A stretch of 63,163 nucleotides of DNA, counting the filler, from Choristocarpus tenellus KU-1152 (taxonomy: Eukaryota > Protista > Phaeophyceae), in NCBI GenBank assembly GCA_964200185.2. It is 11 parts of 11 records of this genome, joined end to end, with 100 filler letters (N's around TTAATTAATTAA, not from the genome) between each part and the next. Parts side by side here need not be neighbours in the genome. Positions count along the whole stretch, not along the records: positions 8,698 to 15,329 come from CAXNAD020007699.1; positions 15,430 to 18,946 come from CAXNAD020019498.1; positions 19,047 to 23,047 come from CAXNAD020016727.1; positions 23,148 to 25,993 come from CAXNAD020024246.1; 7 more parts are not named here. One strand, written 5' to 3'. Under the pieces are notes generated by a model that worked only from the letters and a program-made list of their open reading frames with translations, did no database searches and had not been told where the DNA came from. This document shows, piece by piece, positions 11,737 to 23,449 of the stretch; position 1 is the first letter of the stretch, and each line of letters begins with the position of its first letter. The position numbers and the translations under genes were made by a program.

Positions 11737-12564
11737 GACACCCCTCATCTACTCTCCTTTTCACTCACCCATTTCCGCACACTTTCCCCTCAAAATTGTA
11801 CGCGTTTTTGCCCATTGTGTATACTCTGATTGGATGAGTGTATTCCTTCCGTCCCACCACACAGCACACATGTTCCGAACTCTGATGAAGTATAGAAAGT
11901 ATTACAGGCTCTCATCCTCATCCTATCGTATTGGATTGGACCTTGCTTGGTGTTATCTAGATTTCCAATGTTGATTGTGGCATGAGAGAATGGCAAGAAG
12001 GGAATGGTTCCGGCGGAGCGTTCCGATGTTGTTGTGGAATGGAGATAAGAGTTTGGAACGTGTGTGATGTGGGGGGGGGCGGAAGGATTGTATTGTTGGT
12101 TGAATAATTGAATAATAAGATAAGAGTTTGGAACGTGTGTGATGTGGGGGGGGACGGAAGGATTGTATTGTTGGTTGAATAAGAGGGCATACAATGGGCG
12201 AAAGCGGATACAAGTTTGGGCAATAGGCTGGCGGAACGGATGAGTAATCCACACTCTCATCCCCACCTCCACAACATCGGAACCTTCCACCAGAACCATT
12301 ACCTTCTTGCCATTCTTCCATGCCACACCCGACCTTGGAAATCAGAATAACACAAAGCAAGATACAATCCAATCGGATAGGATGAGGATGAGAGATTGGA
12401 ATACTTAATGAACTTTATGAGAGTTTGGAGCATTTGCCCTGTGTGGTGGGGCGGATGGACTATATTCGTCCAATCAGAGTACGCACAATGCGCAAAAAAG
12501 CGTACAATTTTGAGGGAAAGTGGGCGGAAACGGGTGAGTGACGTGGAGAGTAGATAAGGGATGT
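11737..12564. repeat. Long imperfect inverted repeat (foldback): arms ~11737-12057 and ~12248-12564, with an internal ~70-bp tandem duplication
   Basis: Left arm CATCTACTCTCC..TCACTCACCC..CTCTGATTGGA..CTCTCATCCTCATCCTATC..GAATGGCAAGAAGG is mirrored as the reverse complement in the right arm. 12044-12110 is duplicated at 12118-12184. Confidence 0.9.
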
Positions 12565-12805
12565 TCTTGTGTCTGTTATTGATGTCAAATTTCACTATAC
12601 AACTTGTTTTCCACTTCAGCTGCTGTTGGTCGGAGGGCGTACGTATACCCGTTCCTGTCCACTGCTGTGGAAAAAGGCAATACACCTTCACAGATGCAAG
12701 TCTAAAAAAGAAGGGGAAAGAACTGGTGAAAGAGGAATTGAGATGGAAAATCGAGAAAAATGTACTATTATTATATTAAAAAATTCCAACCCCCAGCAAA
12801 AACAT

Positions 12806-12877
12806 TACAATCGCGGGGATTCGAACCCCGGACATCTGCTTGGAAGGCAGATATGATTACCACTTCACCACGATTGT
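12806..12877 (-). tRNA. tRNA-Gly (anticodon TCC), identical second copy
   Basis: 72/72 identical to 9500-9571 with different flanks; TTTTT terminator at 12798-12802. Confidence 0.96.
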
Positions 12878-14011
12878 GGCTGTGATTGTACCTATTCCAA
12901 TTGTTATGAACGTAGCTACGTTTTATACATCTACTGTTTTTGTAAAGCATACAATTAAACCCAGTAAGCTGAAACCAGACAAAACAAAATCAAAAATTTT
13001 CGGTTGTAGGGACTTGACCTGTTACCTGCTACTCATCTCATACCACCACAGCACTGAGACCATACTTCAGCTCTTAATTTTTTTCTTTCATCAATACATC
13101 ACTACACACCAACTACCACAACAGTGAACCAACAACATAGCGAGCAAGAGCAGCAGAAATTGACCGTCTCTTTTCCAGTTTTGCTACAACCACAAAGTAT
13201 ACGTTATTGTAACTTCAGAGGGGTTATTAGCATCGTCACCTTCATTATTTGTTGTAGTGTAACTGATAGTAACACTATCAGTATGTAATGGGATTAATAG
13301 TCTCCTACCATTATTTAGTTGGCAGCCTCCATCCATCCACCCATCAATTCATTGATCACTATCACCAGACATTAATACTGCAACCCCTAACTCTAATTCA
13401 TTCTATTACTATATACCAAAAAGAGTAAGTGACAATACAAACCACATCCAGGAGGATGGAGGTAGTGGTGGTTACCTAAACAAGAAGACTGCATTCAACT
13501 AAAAAATTCAACGACAATCAATCGCCAGTAGGCAGAGGTGAGAGCTACTGGTACGGAGTAGATCACAAGTGAACATGGAGTACATGCTGAAACAACTACG
13601 CAAAAAACATACCACAATGGCTCCAAGTATCTGGCGGGGATCTGGGGGGGGGCGACTGTCCATTCAGAGGCTATTTTTTCACTATGTGTCGTGATTTTTG
13701 TGTGATTTGGCTGCATGCGTCGGATGCACGATGTAAGTGCACTTCTCCTGATCAGACCCCGAACAGACACCCTGGTGTAGACCCTCTCCCCTCCCTCCCA
13801 GATATCTTTGAGCTAAAGGGCAAAAGGATCCCTTTTTGTACAATTGCGGAGATAACTTTTGCTGAATTGTGGTGTCACTTTACGTGTAGTAAGAACAGAA
13901 AGTATCGATTTTACATACACTATTGTACACATAAAAAATAAAATAAGAGTGTATTGCTTAAGGTAAAAAAGATGGCTCGGAAGGTAAGAGGGACCAAACC
14001 TGCCTAACCCT

Positions 14012-14282
14012 GAGGCAAAGTATCTTAGAGGGTAGAGTAACGTCCATTTGGGGACCACAATCCAACGTTGCGATTTTGATGTAATCTTGACTATCGTGTT
14101 TGTTAGGAAGTGTCAATATCCTTGTTTCCGACACACCTTTTCATAAGGTATACCTTTTACATACTCCAAAACATTTCGGAGTCGGAAAATGTCATTGAAA
14201 AAAACAAACATGAGAAGTCAAGCCCCAACAAACGGACAAAACAGGGCAAAACTCGTACCCTAACCCTAAGATACTTTCACTC
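14012..14282 (+). mobile_element. Sola2-like MITE copy 1
   Basis: GAGGCAAAGTATCTTAGAGGGTA...TACCCTAACCCTAAGATACTTTCACTC; TSD not recognisable. Confidence 0.85.
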
Positions 14283-15249
14283 TCTCTGTTGGCTTGACTC
14301 CAATACTCAGCAACAACAAGCAAGACCAGATGAAGATTATTGTAGGGAGTACCAAGAAAGGATTGAGGTGAGGGAAGGACAACTTACAATGCTTCAAAAT
14401 GACCGTATACAGCATCAGTGTAAGGAAGATGCATGGGTTGGAGCACAGAGTGCCTCTGACCCACCCAACAAACGGGACCCACTTCAAAGGATTCACGTTA
14501 CTCGTCTCTCTCCTCTTCCTACAAGGTGGGTTGAGGAGGACGTTGTCTTAGGAGAAGAAGCTAAGGGGCACTTCCTGAACGAAAGGAGATACTAAAAAAA
14601 AAAATCTAGACAAAAAATCACATTTTCCATGTCTACATGCAGTTTGCACATAGACGCACATCCACCTGTTGGTGTACAACGATATAGTGCTAGAGGATAC
14701 CTCTCTGAGAAGACACACACCAAGGTTCGTGAGGTAGATTCATTATTTTTTTCCAGTTGTGGTCATAATATTAAAAAAAAATCAACTCCCCTCTCTTCAC
14801 TCCTTAATAAATAAATTAGGTAGAAGTAGAAACCAACCTCGCTCCTCCTACACTACAGCTCTAGTGTGGTAGGATGTTTGTGATCTGATCTCTGGCCCCA
14901 TTGTCTCTCTACAATAATAACTGATCATATCACGATCTGTGTGTCATCTCTGAGTATAATACCTACACAACACAGCTACATTATCGTCTAGTGAACGACA
15001 GCATCGTGTTTCTTCAAAATATAAAAAGACATGCAAACATATATTATAGCAAAACCAACATATTCTCGGTGTTCATCCTCCTCCAGGAGGAACAAATTCA
15101 CAGTGGAGGAACATACACAATGATACTCCTCGATACTTGGCACAGTTTCAAAATACGCCTTCAGATGTATTATAAATACTATCGTAGTGATGTATCACAC
15201 CACAAACACCATCCAAAAAATTCACATAGTATATTTCTAACACAACTAC

Positions 15250-15310
<61 letters not shown>

Positions 15311-15429
15311 AAAAACCCACCCCACCTCCNNNNNNNNNNNNNNNNNNNNNNNNNNNNNNNNNNNNNNNNNNNNTTAATTAATTAANNNNNNNNNNNNNNN
15401 NNNNNNNNNNNNNNNNNNNNNNNNNNNNN

Positions 15430-15594
15430 CATTATAACGGTATATGGCATACGAGCAATACGGTATAATAACAGACAAACATGCTTTCCACACTAACCAC
15501 GATTAATTACTACAAAAACGATTTTGTACCACATCAATTCTGTACTACTTTTTGGGGGCATACCCATGAGTGAACAAAATCGGGGTAGGTACTG
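15430..15594. mobile_element. Right end of a Tc1/mariner(pogo)-type MITE
   Basis: Ends AAAATCGGGGTAGGTACTG|TA, a CAGTA-type terminus plus TA; the same terminus occurs at 19246-19263. Confidence 0.55.
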
Positions 15595-17223
15595 TATCTT
15601 CAAATATATTATATTGTTATGCCATCTGACATTTTGTATTTGTCTGGGGAAAAGTCAATTCAATATCATAAGAACACCTTCAAAAATAACAGTTGTAAAT
15701 GTGAAAGATACCTCTTAAACATACAAAGTGTGTGACGCATGAGTTCACTCAGAAGTTGATTCGGGCATTTTCATTATTTTTCTCACAAAAAAATATGTAT
15801 CTGGTATGATGTTGTTGTTGGTTGATATCGGTTGTAGGTAAACTACGAACTCACTATATTAAGTGTACTCATAAACAAGTGGACGAGACATATTCACAGT
15901 TGATATATCCACAATCTTCTTCGCAAGGTAGCAAGACTCTACTCAGAGCCGGCATCACTCCCTTCAACCACACTGCATACTAACAGTCTACAATACGTTC
16001 CAGTATTTAACCAGACTCTACACAGAGCTATGTCACAAGATGCACCAGATGGAATTGATCAAGTGTTTCAGTGCACTAGGTCACCTCTTCACATACAAGA
16101 CTTCAAGCCTCTACACAGAGCACTTAATGAGAAACAACGATTAATGCAATTCAAGACTTTAACAGCACAGGCCACTCACTCCCACATCGGTCCCTCACAT
16201 CCTGAACCTTCAACCACCAGGGTTTTCCCCGCATTGGAAGGTCTGATGAAGGAAAGTTCGTACCTCCATGCACCCACACAGACCCTGAATGAAACCCTCA
16301 CGTTGTCGAATTCGAATGTCAGGAAGTAGGTTGTAAAAGTAGTTTACGTTGGGAAGATTGCCTAGGAACCCATGTCACGAGTTATGTCATTGCCCTGGGA
16401 AAAAAGAGTACGAACAGAGGTGCAAACAGTGCCAAACTGCTAAAGAATGTCATTTGCGGAGGGTACCAAGTAGAAGCCAAGCCAAATATCCCTGAGGGAT
16501 ACTCGTCTATTCCAAGTATGGCATCAGATACAAGCAACGGCAAGTACTCCCTAACAAAGACCCCGTGTAAGTATAGTGAAAAAAGTGAAATAGATTGCGA
16601 AGGTCGCCGTTGTGCGAAAGATGGCGCAAAACGTTTCATCTCCCGATAAATTACACTGTTTTTCTACAATTTCTCTGAGAAATCGGGGGGACAAAGCTAA
16701 GGGTCTATTCAGCAACCACTACTCACACACAAAGATGTCAGGTGACGTCTAATTTGACCCTTGACTACCCACTAGTGAGCTTTTTCCTTGTCTGATGTCC
16801 TGATTTGTCGGAAATGATGATATCGCAGCATATGTACAGGGGTTTCTACATCTATGGGAAGGAGTTCCAAGCAGTCAAGGTCCAAGCAAAACGCACCTCT
16901 CTCCCCGCAAGCCATCAAGAATCTCGACCGCCAAAAAACCGCCACTTAACATCTTTGCTCACACAGATAGCACAAGCAAAATACCCACGCAAATCACCGA
17001 CCTTATTTGGGGATCCTCCTTATTTTGTGTAAAAAAAAACATGTAACAACTCTCTCATGCCCACTTTCATAGGTACCTTCACTACGCTCCCCAAGTATAT
17101 CAAGCTAAGTGTAGGGTGATGTATATCTGTATCTGTCGCCATAAACCACCCCGTCACACGTTGAACATCTTGAAAAAAAATGCAAACCTATGATTTAAAA
17201 CTTCCTGTATCCTTCTCACAAAG

Positions 17224-17454
17224 TGTTACGGTTACGTAAAATGTAGTGCATGAATCGTATGATTCTGTGGCGGCATGGTTCACTCAAGCAGGGGTGGTGA
17301 AGAGATTCACCGGGCAAGACGGACCGAGACGAACTGTAACCGAGAGGACGAGGTTAAGGCTGGACAAGTGTAAGACTGCAAGGGCTTGCAGGAAATTGTG
17401 GAGTGAGGAGAATCTTATGAGATGGGGGACTATCACAAAAGTCAAGACGTAACA
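17224..17454 (+). mobile_element. Solo LTR (231 bp) with 6-bp flanking direct repeat
   Basis: TGTTACG...CGTAACA terminal inverted repeats; ACAAAG at both 17218-17223 and 17455-17460; homologous copy at ~45714-45957 (-). Confidence 0.75.
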
Positions 17455-19046
17455 ACAAAGAGAATATTTGATGTTCGAGATTTATTGTTGAAAAGATGAC
17501 CACTACTTGCAGGGTTGGTCTCTTGAAAAGATTCCACACCTCAATTATTCACAAGATCTGCCGCTGGAATTGGGGATTCCTGACAAGGAAATCTCTATCT
17601 ATATTAACGGCATATTAACAGAAAAACTTACTCTCCACAGTTATTTTAGTTTTGGATTGGCGTGTTACGAGCATTGCACAGTCAGTGTTGCATTATGCTC
17701 CTCAGTATGTTTCTGCCTAGAGTGATAAGAACCTGGTTTATATCAATTATGAAGTGCACAACATAGTGTTGACTGTTACGCTGTGTAAAGTGTGCATTAT
17801 TATATTGTATATTATTATTTTATTATTTTTATTGTACTCCATCACATTTTGCAGGCGTTGGGATGAGGAGAAAAATATTAGTTGTGCTGGGCAGAGTGTT
17901 CTGAATCTCATGAGAGCAGATCACTTGCTAAAACAATTTAAAATATATAAAAGACTAATTGACCTCCAAACGTACATATACAGAGATGGATATTAAGATT
18001 CGCCTGGTCAGTACTGTCCTCGCATCTATGACGTGCATTACACACTCTGCTGACATTTCCCTCATTTCAAGAGTTGCACACTCTTTGCTTCACTCTTTGT
18101 ACTGTTGTTGTGGTTGAGAACGGCTCTTATATATATATATATATATTTAATATTTATTTTTGCTACTTCGTTATTAAAATTTTACTAATCCTTTCGATTC
18201 ACCACAGCACTAGGCAGAAGAGTTCAAGTTATGGAATGCGTGCGAAACGTCTTGCCTTATTATCCAACTGAGATCGGGCCCCGGGGTGCTTAATCCAACT
18301 TTAAGTCGACTCTCACTATCACCAGGGACTATAGCTGGAGCACCACGATCAAGTATCATGCTGGGAAGAGGTACTATCATGCTCTTGGTCCAAATTAAAG
18401 CAAAACCACAAGTAATTTCTGACTATATATACCAGCATCTCCTAAGCGGGGAAACTGCACATCGTACAGGTAGTCAATCAGTCGCACCACCATTGGCTGC
18501 ATTTTACAAAAAAAAAAAAATTAAGCGTAAGACACTAAAAAGAAAAATCTCCAGCGCACAGTTTTTTTTTTCTTTTCTCAAATTGGAATTTCCGTCCAGT
18601 TGACTGGATTCGAAGTGTCGAAATATTCCTCGAGAGAGGCGATTTTTCTGGTAGACATCGCCCCTTTAGAGGCTGCCTACATGTACAAAGACAGGGCTGC
18701 CTACATGGAAGAAGTTGATTGGCACGTCGACATTAGAAAGCCAGCAAGACTGCACCTAAAGCAAGGGAGGTGATCTTGCGGAGGAGCTGGCAGGTAAGTG
18801 TACACCAGGTATACTTGCATGAGAAAAACATCATATGTACAAAAAGGTGGAAGGAGAGGATGGCAGGTGCGTTGGAGTAGGATTTAAAAAAAAAATCATC
18901 CCTGCACCCACAGCACAAACCTCAAACATAGGTAACATATATAATANNNNNNNNNNNNNNNNNNNNNNNNNNNNNNNNNNNNNNNNNNNNTTAATTAATT
19001 AANNNNNNNNNNNNNNNNNNNNNNNNNNNNNNNNNNNNNNNNNNNN

Positions 19047-19263
19047 CCGCGGCACAAGGCATGGCTTCCACTTTATTCCCCTACCTGCAACGTACTGTAC
19101 TGCTGTGTGGTCAAACTCGCGTGAATATCTCCCCGATTTTTTGCGAAGTCGCCCGAATACGAGAATTCCGGTACAAAAGTCTATTTTTTTTAGCATGTCG
19201 AAAAAAGTGGTACAAAATGGGGTTTGGTACATAATAGTTGGCATAAAATCGGGGTAGGTACTG
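19047..19263. mobile_element. Right end of a Tc1/mariner(pogo)-type MITE
   Basis: Ends AAAATCGGGGTAGGTACTG|TA as at 15576-15594; left part lost in the spacer. Confidence 0.55.
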
Positions 19264-19533
19264 TAAATATAATATATCTGTCACTGACTCTCCATCCTAT
19301 TATCTAATCCACGGGTGGTGTCTACGTGTATCAGCAGCACTATCTACAAACAAATGCCCACCTGTTATACTACGGTACACAGTACAGACATTACAGTAGA
19401 CAGAAACGCATGCAAAATTTCAGCAAATTCAATCATGATCCTCATCAACAGACAGCGCGGAAAGAAAAATCAATCACAATCACAATCACAATCACAATCT
19501 ATTTTCAGACTTTCAATCCACGCGCTGACGCAC

Positions 19534-20024
19534 CTCGACATGTTTGGCACCCCTCGTAGACTTGGTGTCAGACTTCAGCGTCCGCGCTTTTTCCATGATG
19601 GTTATTATCTCCTTCTTCAACTTGTAGAGGGTGCTGTGACCCTTTCCAAACTTTTGAGTAACTACAGTTCCCGTGATGGTCTGCAGGAGTGTCAAAGTTT
19701 CCACCTGAGCCAAAGTATCTTAGAGGGTAGAGCCGCGTCAATTTGGGGGCCAAAATCCAATGTTGCGATTTTGATGTAATTTTGGCTATCATGTTCATTA
19801 GAAAGTGTCAATATCCATGTTCTGAGCACACCTTTTCATGACGTACACACTTTCCCCACTATGAAACATTTCGGAGTAGGAAAGTGTCATAAGAGAACCC
19901 ATGGGAAGCCAAGCCTGAAATGGACAAACAGGGAAAAACTCGTACCCTCTAAGATACTTTCACTCACCTTCACTGCAAAGTCCAAGCGTTTAGGATTATC
20001 GGCACTGTGAGGCTTGTAGGACAT
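19534..20024 (-). pseudogene. CENP-B/pogo-type N-terminal HTH (transposase-derived) fragment interrupted by MITE copy 2
   Basis: 20024-19968 plus 19704-19534 join in frame to MSYKPHSADNPKRLDFAVK|VETLTLLQTITGTVVTQKFGKGHSTLYKLKKEIITIMEKARTLKSDTKSTRGAKHVE, an HTH_psq-like KRL...K......VA.KFG.G.ST.Y..KK pattern. An in-frame TAG lies upstream and the next putative exon is degenerate. Confidence 0.6.
19707..19965 (+). mobile_element. Sola2-like MITE copy 2, full length, TSD ACCT (AGGT on -); forms an exact GT-AG intron 19705-19967 on the - strand
   Basis: TIRs GAGCCAAAGTATCTTAGAGGGTA / TACCCTCTAAGATACTTTCACTC; ACCT at 19703-19706 and 19966-19969. Confidence 0.92.
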
Positions 20025-20499
20025 GCCTTTCTCCGTAGATTTATTTGGCAGCACCTTCCCCTTGCCCTTGTTCTTGTTATCGTGGCGCTATGATGCTATG
20101 TTTTCACCAGTTGGAGGACTCGAAGTCTTGCGCTTGGTGAGGCTCACGCACAATTTGCACACACATTTCATTTTGCTAGTGTCGAAAGGATCCACAACAC
20201 CGTAAATGCAGTGAAGCTTGCAGCTACAAACGCGACACTTCCGGCATGTATGTATATATATGTAACATACAGGATTATTACCATGTATGTTGCAGCTGGA
20301 TCCTGCTGCGCAGGGCATCATTGTATCCGTAGAATGCAGTCGCCTAAACTTGGTATGACATACTATTTGTATGTACTATGCAGTACTGAGAGACAAAAGA
20401 CTACTATGCTTCGTACTGCTGGTCTTGAGCAGCTTTGTGCCTTCCTTTTACCCTCTCTTATATCTCGTTATCTCTTATATCGACCTCTCTTACATAATT

Positions 20500-22950
20500 A
20501 CACCCTATATCTACTTTTATGTTTGAAGTTTTGGGGAAAACATCCATAAATATATATATATATATAACGAATATGTAGAAACAAAAGAGGACAAAAGAAA
20601 CGAAACAAACAACAAGAGGGAACGTTTATGAAGTATTCTGAGTTTTGTGGGCGGAAGAATTCTGGTTGGTTGGGGGCACAGGGTAAGGAAGGGGACAGGA
20701 AAGAAATAATAATTGTGAAGGAGGGAACGAAGAGTTAAAGATTGAGTGGTTGAGAGTGGGAGGAGAGTTGTTAAGAAAAAAGGTGGCAGGCAGAGGCACG
20801 AGGGGAGAAGGAATGGAAAGTATTGAATCAAAGAGGAAACCTGAGGCTGGGGTGATAAGATGAGGAGGGCCAGATCAAGAGGACGCCCAAGCAAGCTTTC
20901 GTCCGAATGGATCAAGGAAAAACCGAACAATCTTCCCAAGAGTTGAAAGAGGGAAAGGCCCTGTGGAAAAGGCGGGGATGCTTGAGAACAAGATATACAA
21001 ATGGTAGGGAATAGCTCACGAGGGAAGGGAGATGATGACCGTTGATGATGAAAAACATTGTAGAAACGTGTTTGGTAGGAATGGAACATGTGTAGTGAGT
21101 GAGATATTCAGACACAATATAAGGGGTACCGGGGAAATCCATAGAAGAAGAAATTACGAAGGACGGGCCACGATGTTATCAATGCTATGGCGGCGCAACA
21201 GGATAAACACATAAATGACGAATTGGGGTGATTCTGACGGTAAGTGTCTTGGCAGAGGTGGGATTACATGTTAATACTGTAGGTTATAAACAATAATACT
21301 TTATAGGTTGGTATACACAGTAGGACGGAAAAGGGTTGAGGGCCCTGCAAGAGGGACAGTGTAAAGGGTAGGTGGGGACAAGTAGTGGAATACACTGTCT
21401 ACGTCAGAAATATGTTTGTCCCATGGAGTTCACGACAAGAAGAGAAACGATAATGGGTCAGGGTAGGTGCAGTGTACCTGTGACAATCTTGTAAAGTACA
21501 GTTTAAGATATGGCTTGAAACGTAAGAGCTGGGGCAGATATCAGGTCTATATCGATCGGCGATAGAGTATGTGGGTTGTCTTCTGCTGCCTATATGATTC
21601 GCCCCAACCCATATGACAAGAAAAATCGAACAGCGTGGAATCATCGTAGGATGATGTAGAGGGGACCACCCCAGAAAAGGGTCACGCGCGGAAGGTACGA
21701 GGCTAGTAATGGGACGTTTTATTAGGCATAGGCACACCCTGTGATTCAACGGCTATGTCAATATGAGTAGCCATAGTTTTTTATGTAGCACAGCTAGAAG
21801 ATGGGGGATAACGTGGTACAAGAAACAAAACAAGAAAACCTGTATAGATAGGAGTACTGAATGAGGGCACGTGGTAGTTGTTTTTATAATTTTGTAGGGT
21901 GGAGTGACCGCCACGAAACTAAGTAGATATTTTCATGGCACTGAATGAGGACACGTGGTAGGTGGGGATTTGAAGTGGAGTGAATGCCACGAAAGTAGGA
22001 ATTGAGGATTGAGAGTAGATGTACGGTCGGAGAGATGTTTAAAAACGAGATGCGATAGTTAAAAGAAAGGGATTGGGTGAGAGCATAATATCGGAAAATA
22101 TGGAGGTAAAGAAGAGTAAACCAATATAAAGAGAGGGGGAGGGGAATGATTAACCGTAGCTCCTGCACCGCCCTGTGTGAATTTTTTTTTGAGATGACCG
22201 CGTGAATAAAGAGCTACTGCTTACAAGGGTAGGCATTTGAGGGCTAACCCTAAGGAAGAATCGTGGGCATCGTTTCTACAATCATTAACAAATCACCACA
22301 GTGAAAGAAAGCGATACAAAAAGGTATAGGGCCTATTAGTGAGATAATCAGTTCAAGTCAATAAAAGGGGTGGGTGGGTGGGGCAGAGATTCAGGTTACA
22401 ATAAAAAAGTAGATACGATGGTAGGGCATAAACGTCTCCAACAATTCGAGTTGCACAAGGAGTGGAAATAGATGTGTTCAATTGAAAGGAAGATATATGA
22501 AGAATAGGCGGCAGTTCTCTCATTGTTAAATTTAATAGATACATACATACTTGCATATTCATCGACAAAAAAAAAAAGTCTAGGGAGATGTGGATTGTTT
22601 AGATGAGCCCTGAACCATACCAGAAAAATGCACACCTTGCTGATCATAAGTATATAATTTAACGATGAATATCTCACGTCCTAGTCAACTCACCGGCATC
22701 TACGACTGTTCTAGACTAATACATGCACAATACACGTTTGAGTCCTTACGGAACCCATCCAGATTAGTCTCTACCAGATTACGCAAGACAATGCTGAGGA
22801 GGGTACATGACCAATTGTTTGAGCAATGGGTTGATCCTTGACTTGGGGTGGGAAGGATCACTTGAGAATATAGGTACGGTACGGACATTGGATGGAGGTG
22901 ATCCCCAACAACCTTTCCAAGGTAAGAGAAGTTCAAGAGCGTACAGAAAG
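20500..22950 (-). mobile_element. Degenerate non-LTR retrotransposon-like remnant
   Basis: Its 3' part (20640-20900) is homologous to 51500-51760 (-) and 52163-52445 (+), e.g. shared GTGGGCGGAAGAATTCTGGTTGG and ESLxGxxLxLALL-coding segments. Frames are broken and no RT motif was recognised. Confidence 0.4.
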
Positions 22951-23147
22951 GAGGGGGGGGGGGGGGGGGGACCCCAGAAACCTCCAAAAAACAACCGCCG
23001 GCGTCGGGGCCAAAAAAAAAAAAGAAAAAAATACCAATCACAACAAANNNNNNNNNNNNNNNNNNNNNNNNNNNNNNNNNNNNNNNNNNNNTTAATTAAT
23101 TAANNNNNNNNNNNNNNNNNNNNNNNNNNNNNNNNNNNNNNNNNNNN

Positions 23148-23226
23148 AGAAAAAGGGTTGTTTGGCCGAAACGGACGCCCCCTCACAAACCACCCCCCAC
23201 CCCCCCCCCCCAAGATACTTTGACCC
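23148..23226. mobile_element. End of a related GRG-terminus element (poly-C + AAGATACTTTGACCC); similar ends at 39663-39687 and 63070-63163
   Basis: Terminal GGGTCAAAGTATCT resembles the MITE TIR GAGCCAAAGTATCT but is followed by poly-G and a different interior. Confidence 0.55.
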
Positions 23227-23449
23227 TTCTGTAGTATGTGTTGAGCTCGTCGTAAGATGTCGAAAGTTAGAAGTAGCAGGAAACATCTTGACAACCATTG
23301 CAGTACATTGTGGTAACATGATGCCACGTTTGTGTGACTACTTCAGCAATTAAATATCACTTGCTCGGGGGTTTGTGAATGGAATGATCATGAAAATCTT
23401 CTTAAGCGAATACTTACCTAGACCGACTGACTTGTTGCTGGATATTTCC

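Noticed and set aside
11790-12691. Overlapping 130-178-aa ORFs in the foldback region
   Set aside because: Produced by the inverted and tandem repeat structure; no recognisable protein features
20517-21089. 190-aa Leu/Phe/Pro-rich ORF as a membrane protein gene
   Set aside because: Pyrimidine-rich repeat sequence also present at 51500-52445; part of a retroposon 3' region
23410-23430. ATACTTACCT resembling the U1 snRNA 5' end (similar at ~34692 and ~62220)
   Set aside because: No downstream U1 stem-loops or Sm site; simply the reverse complement of a splice-donor consensus
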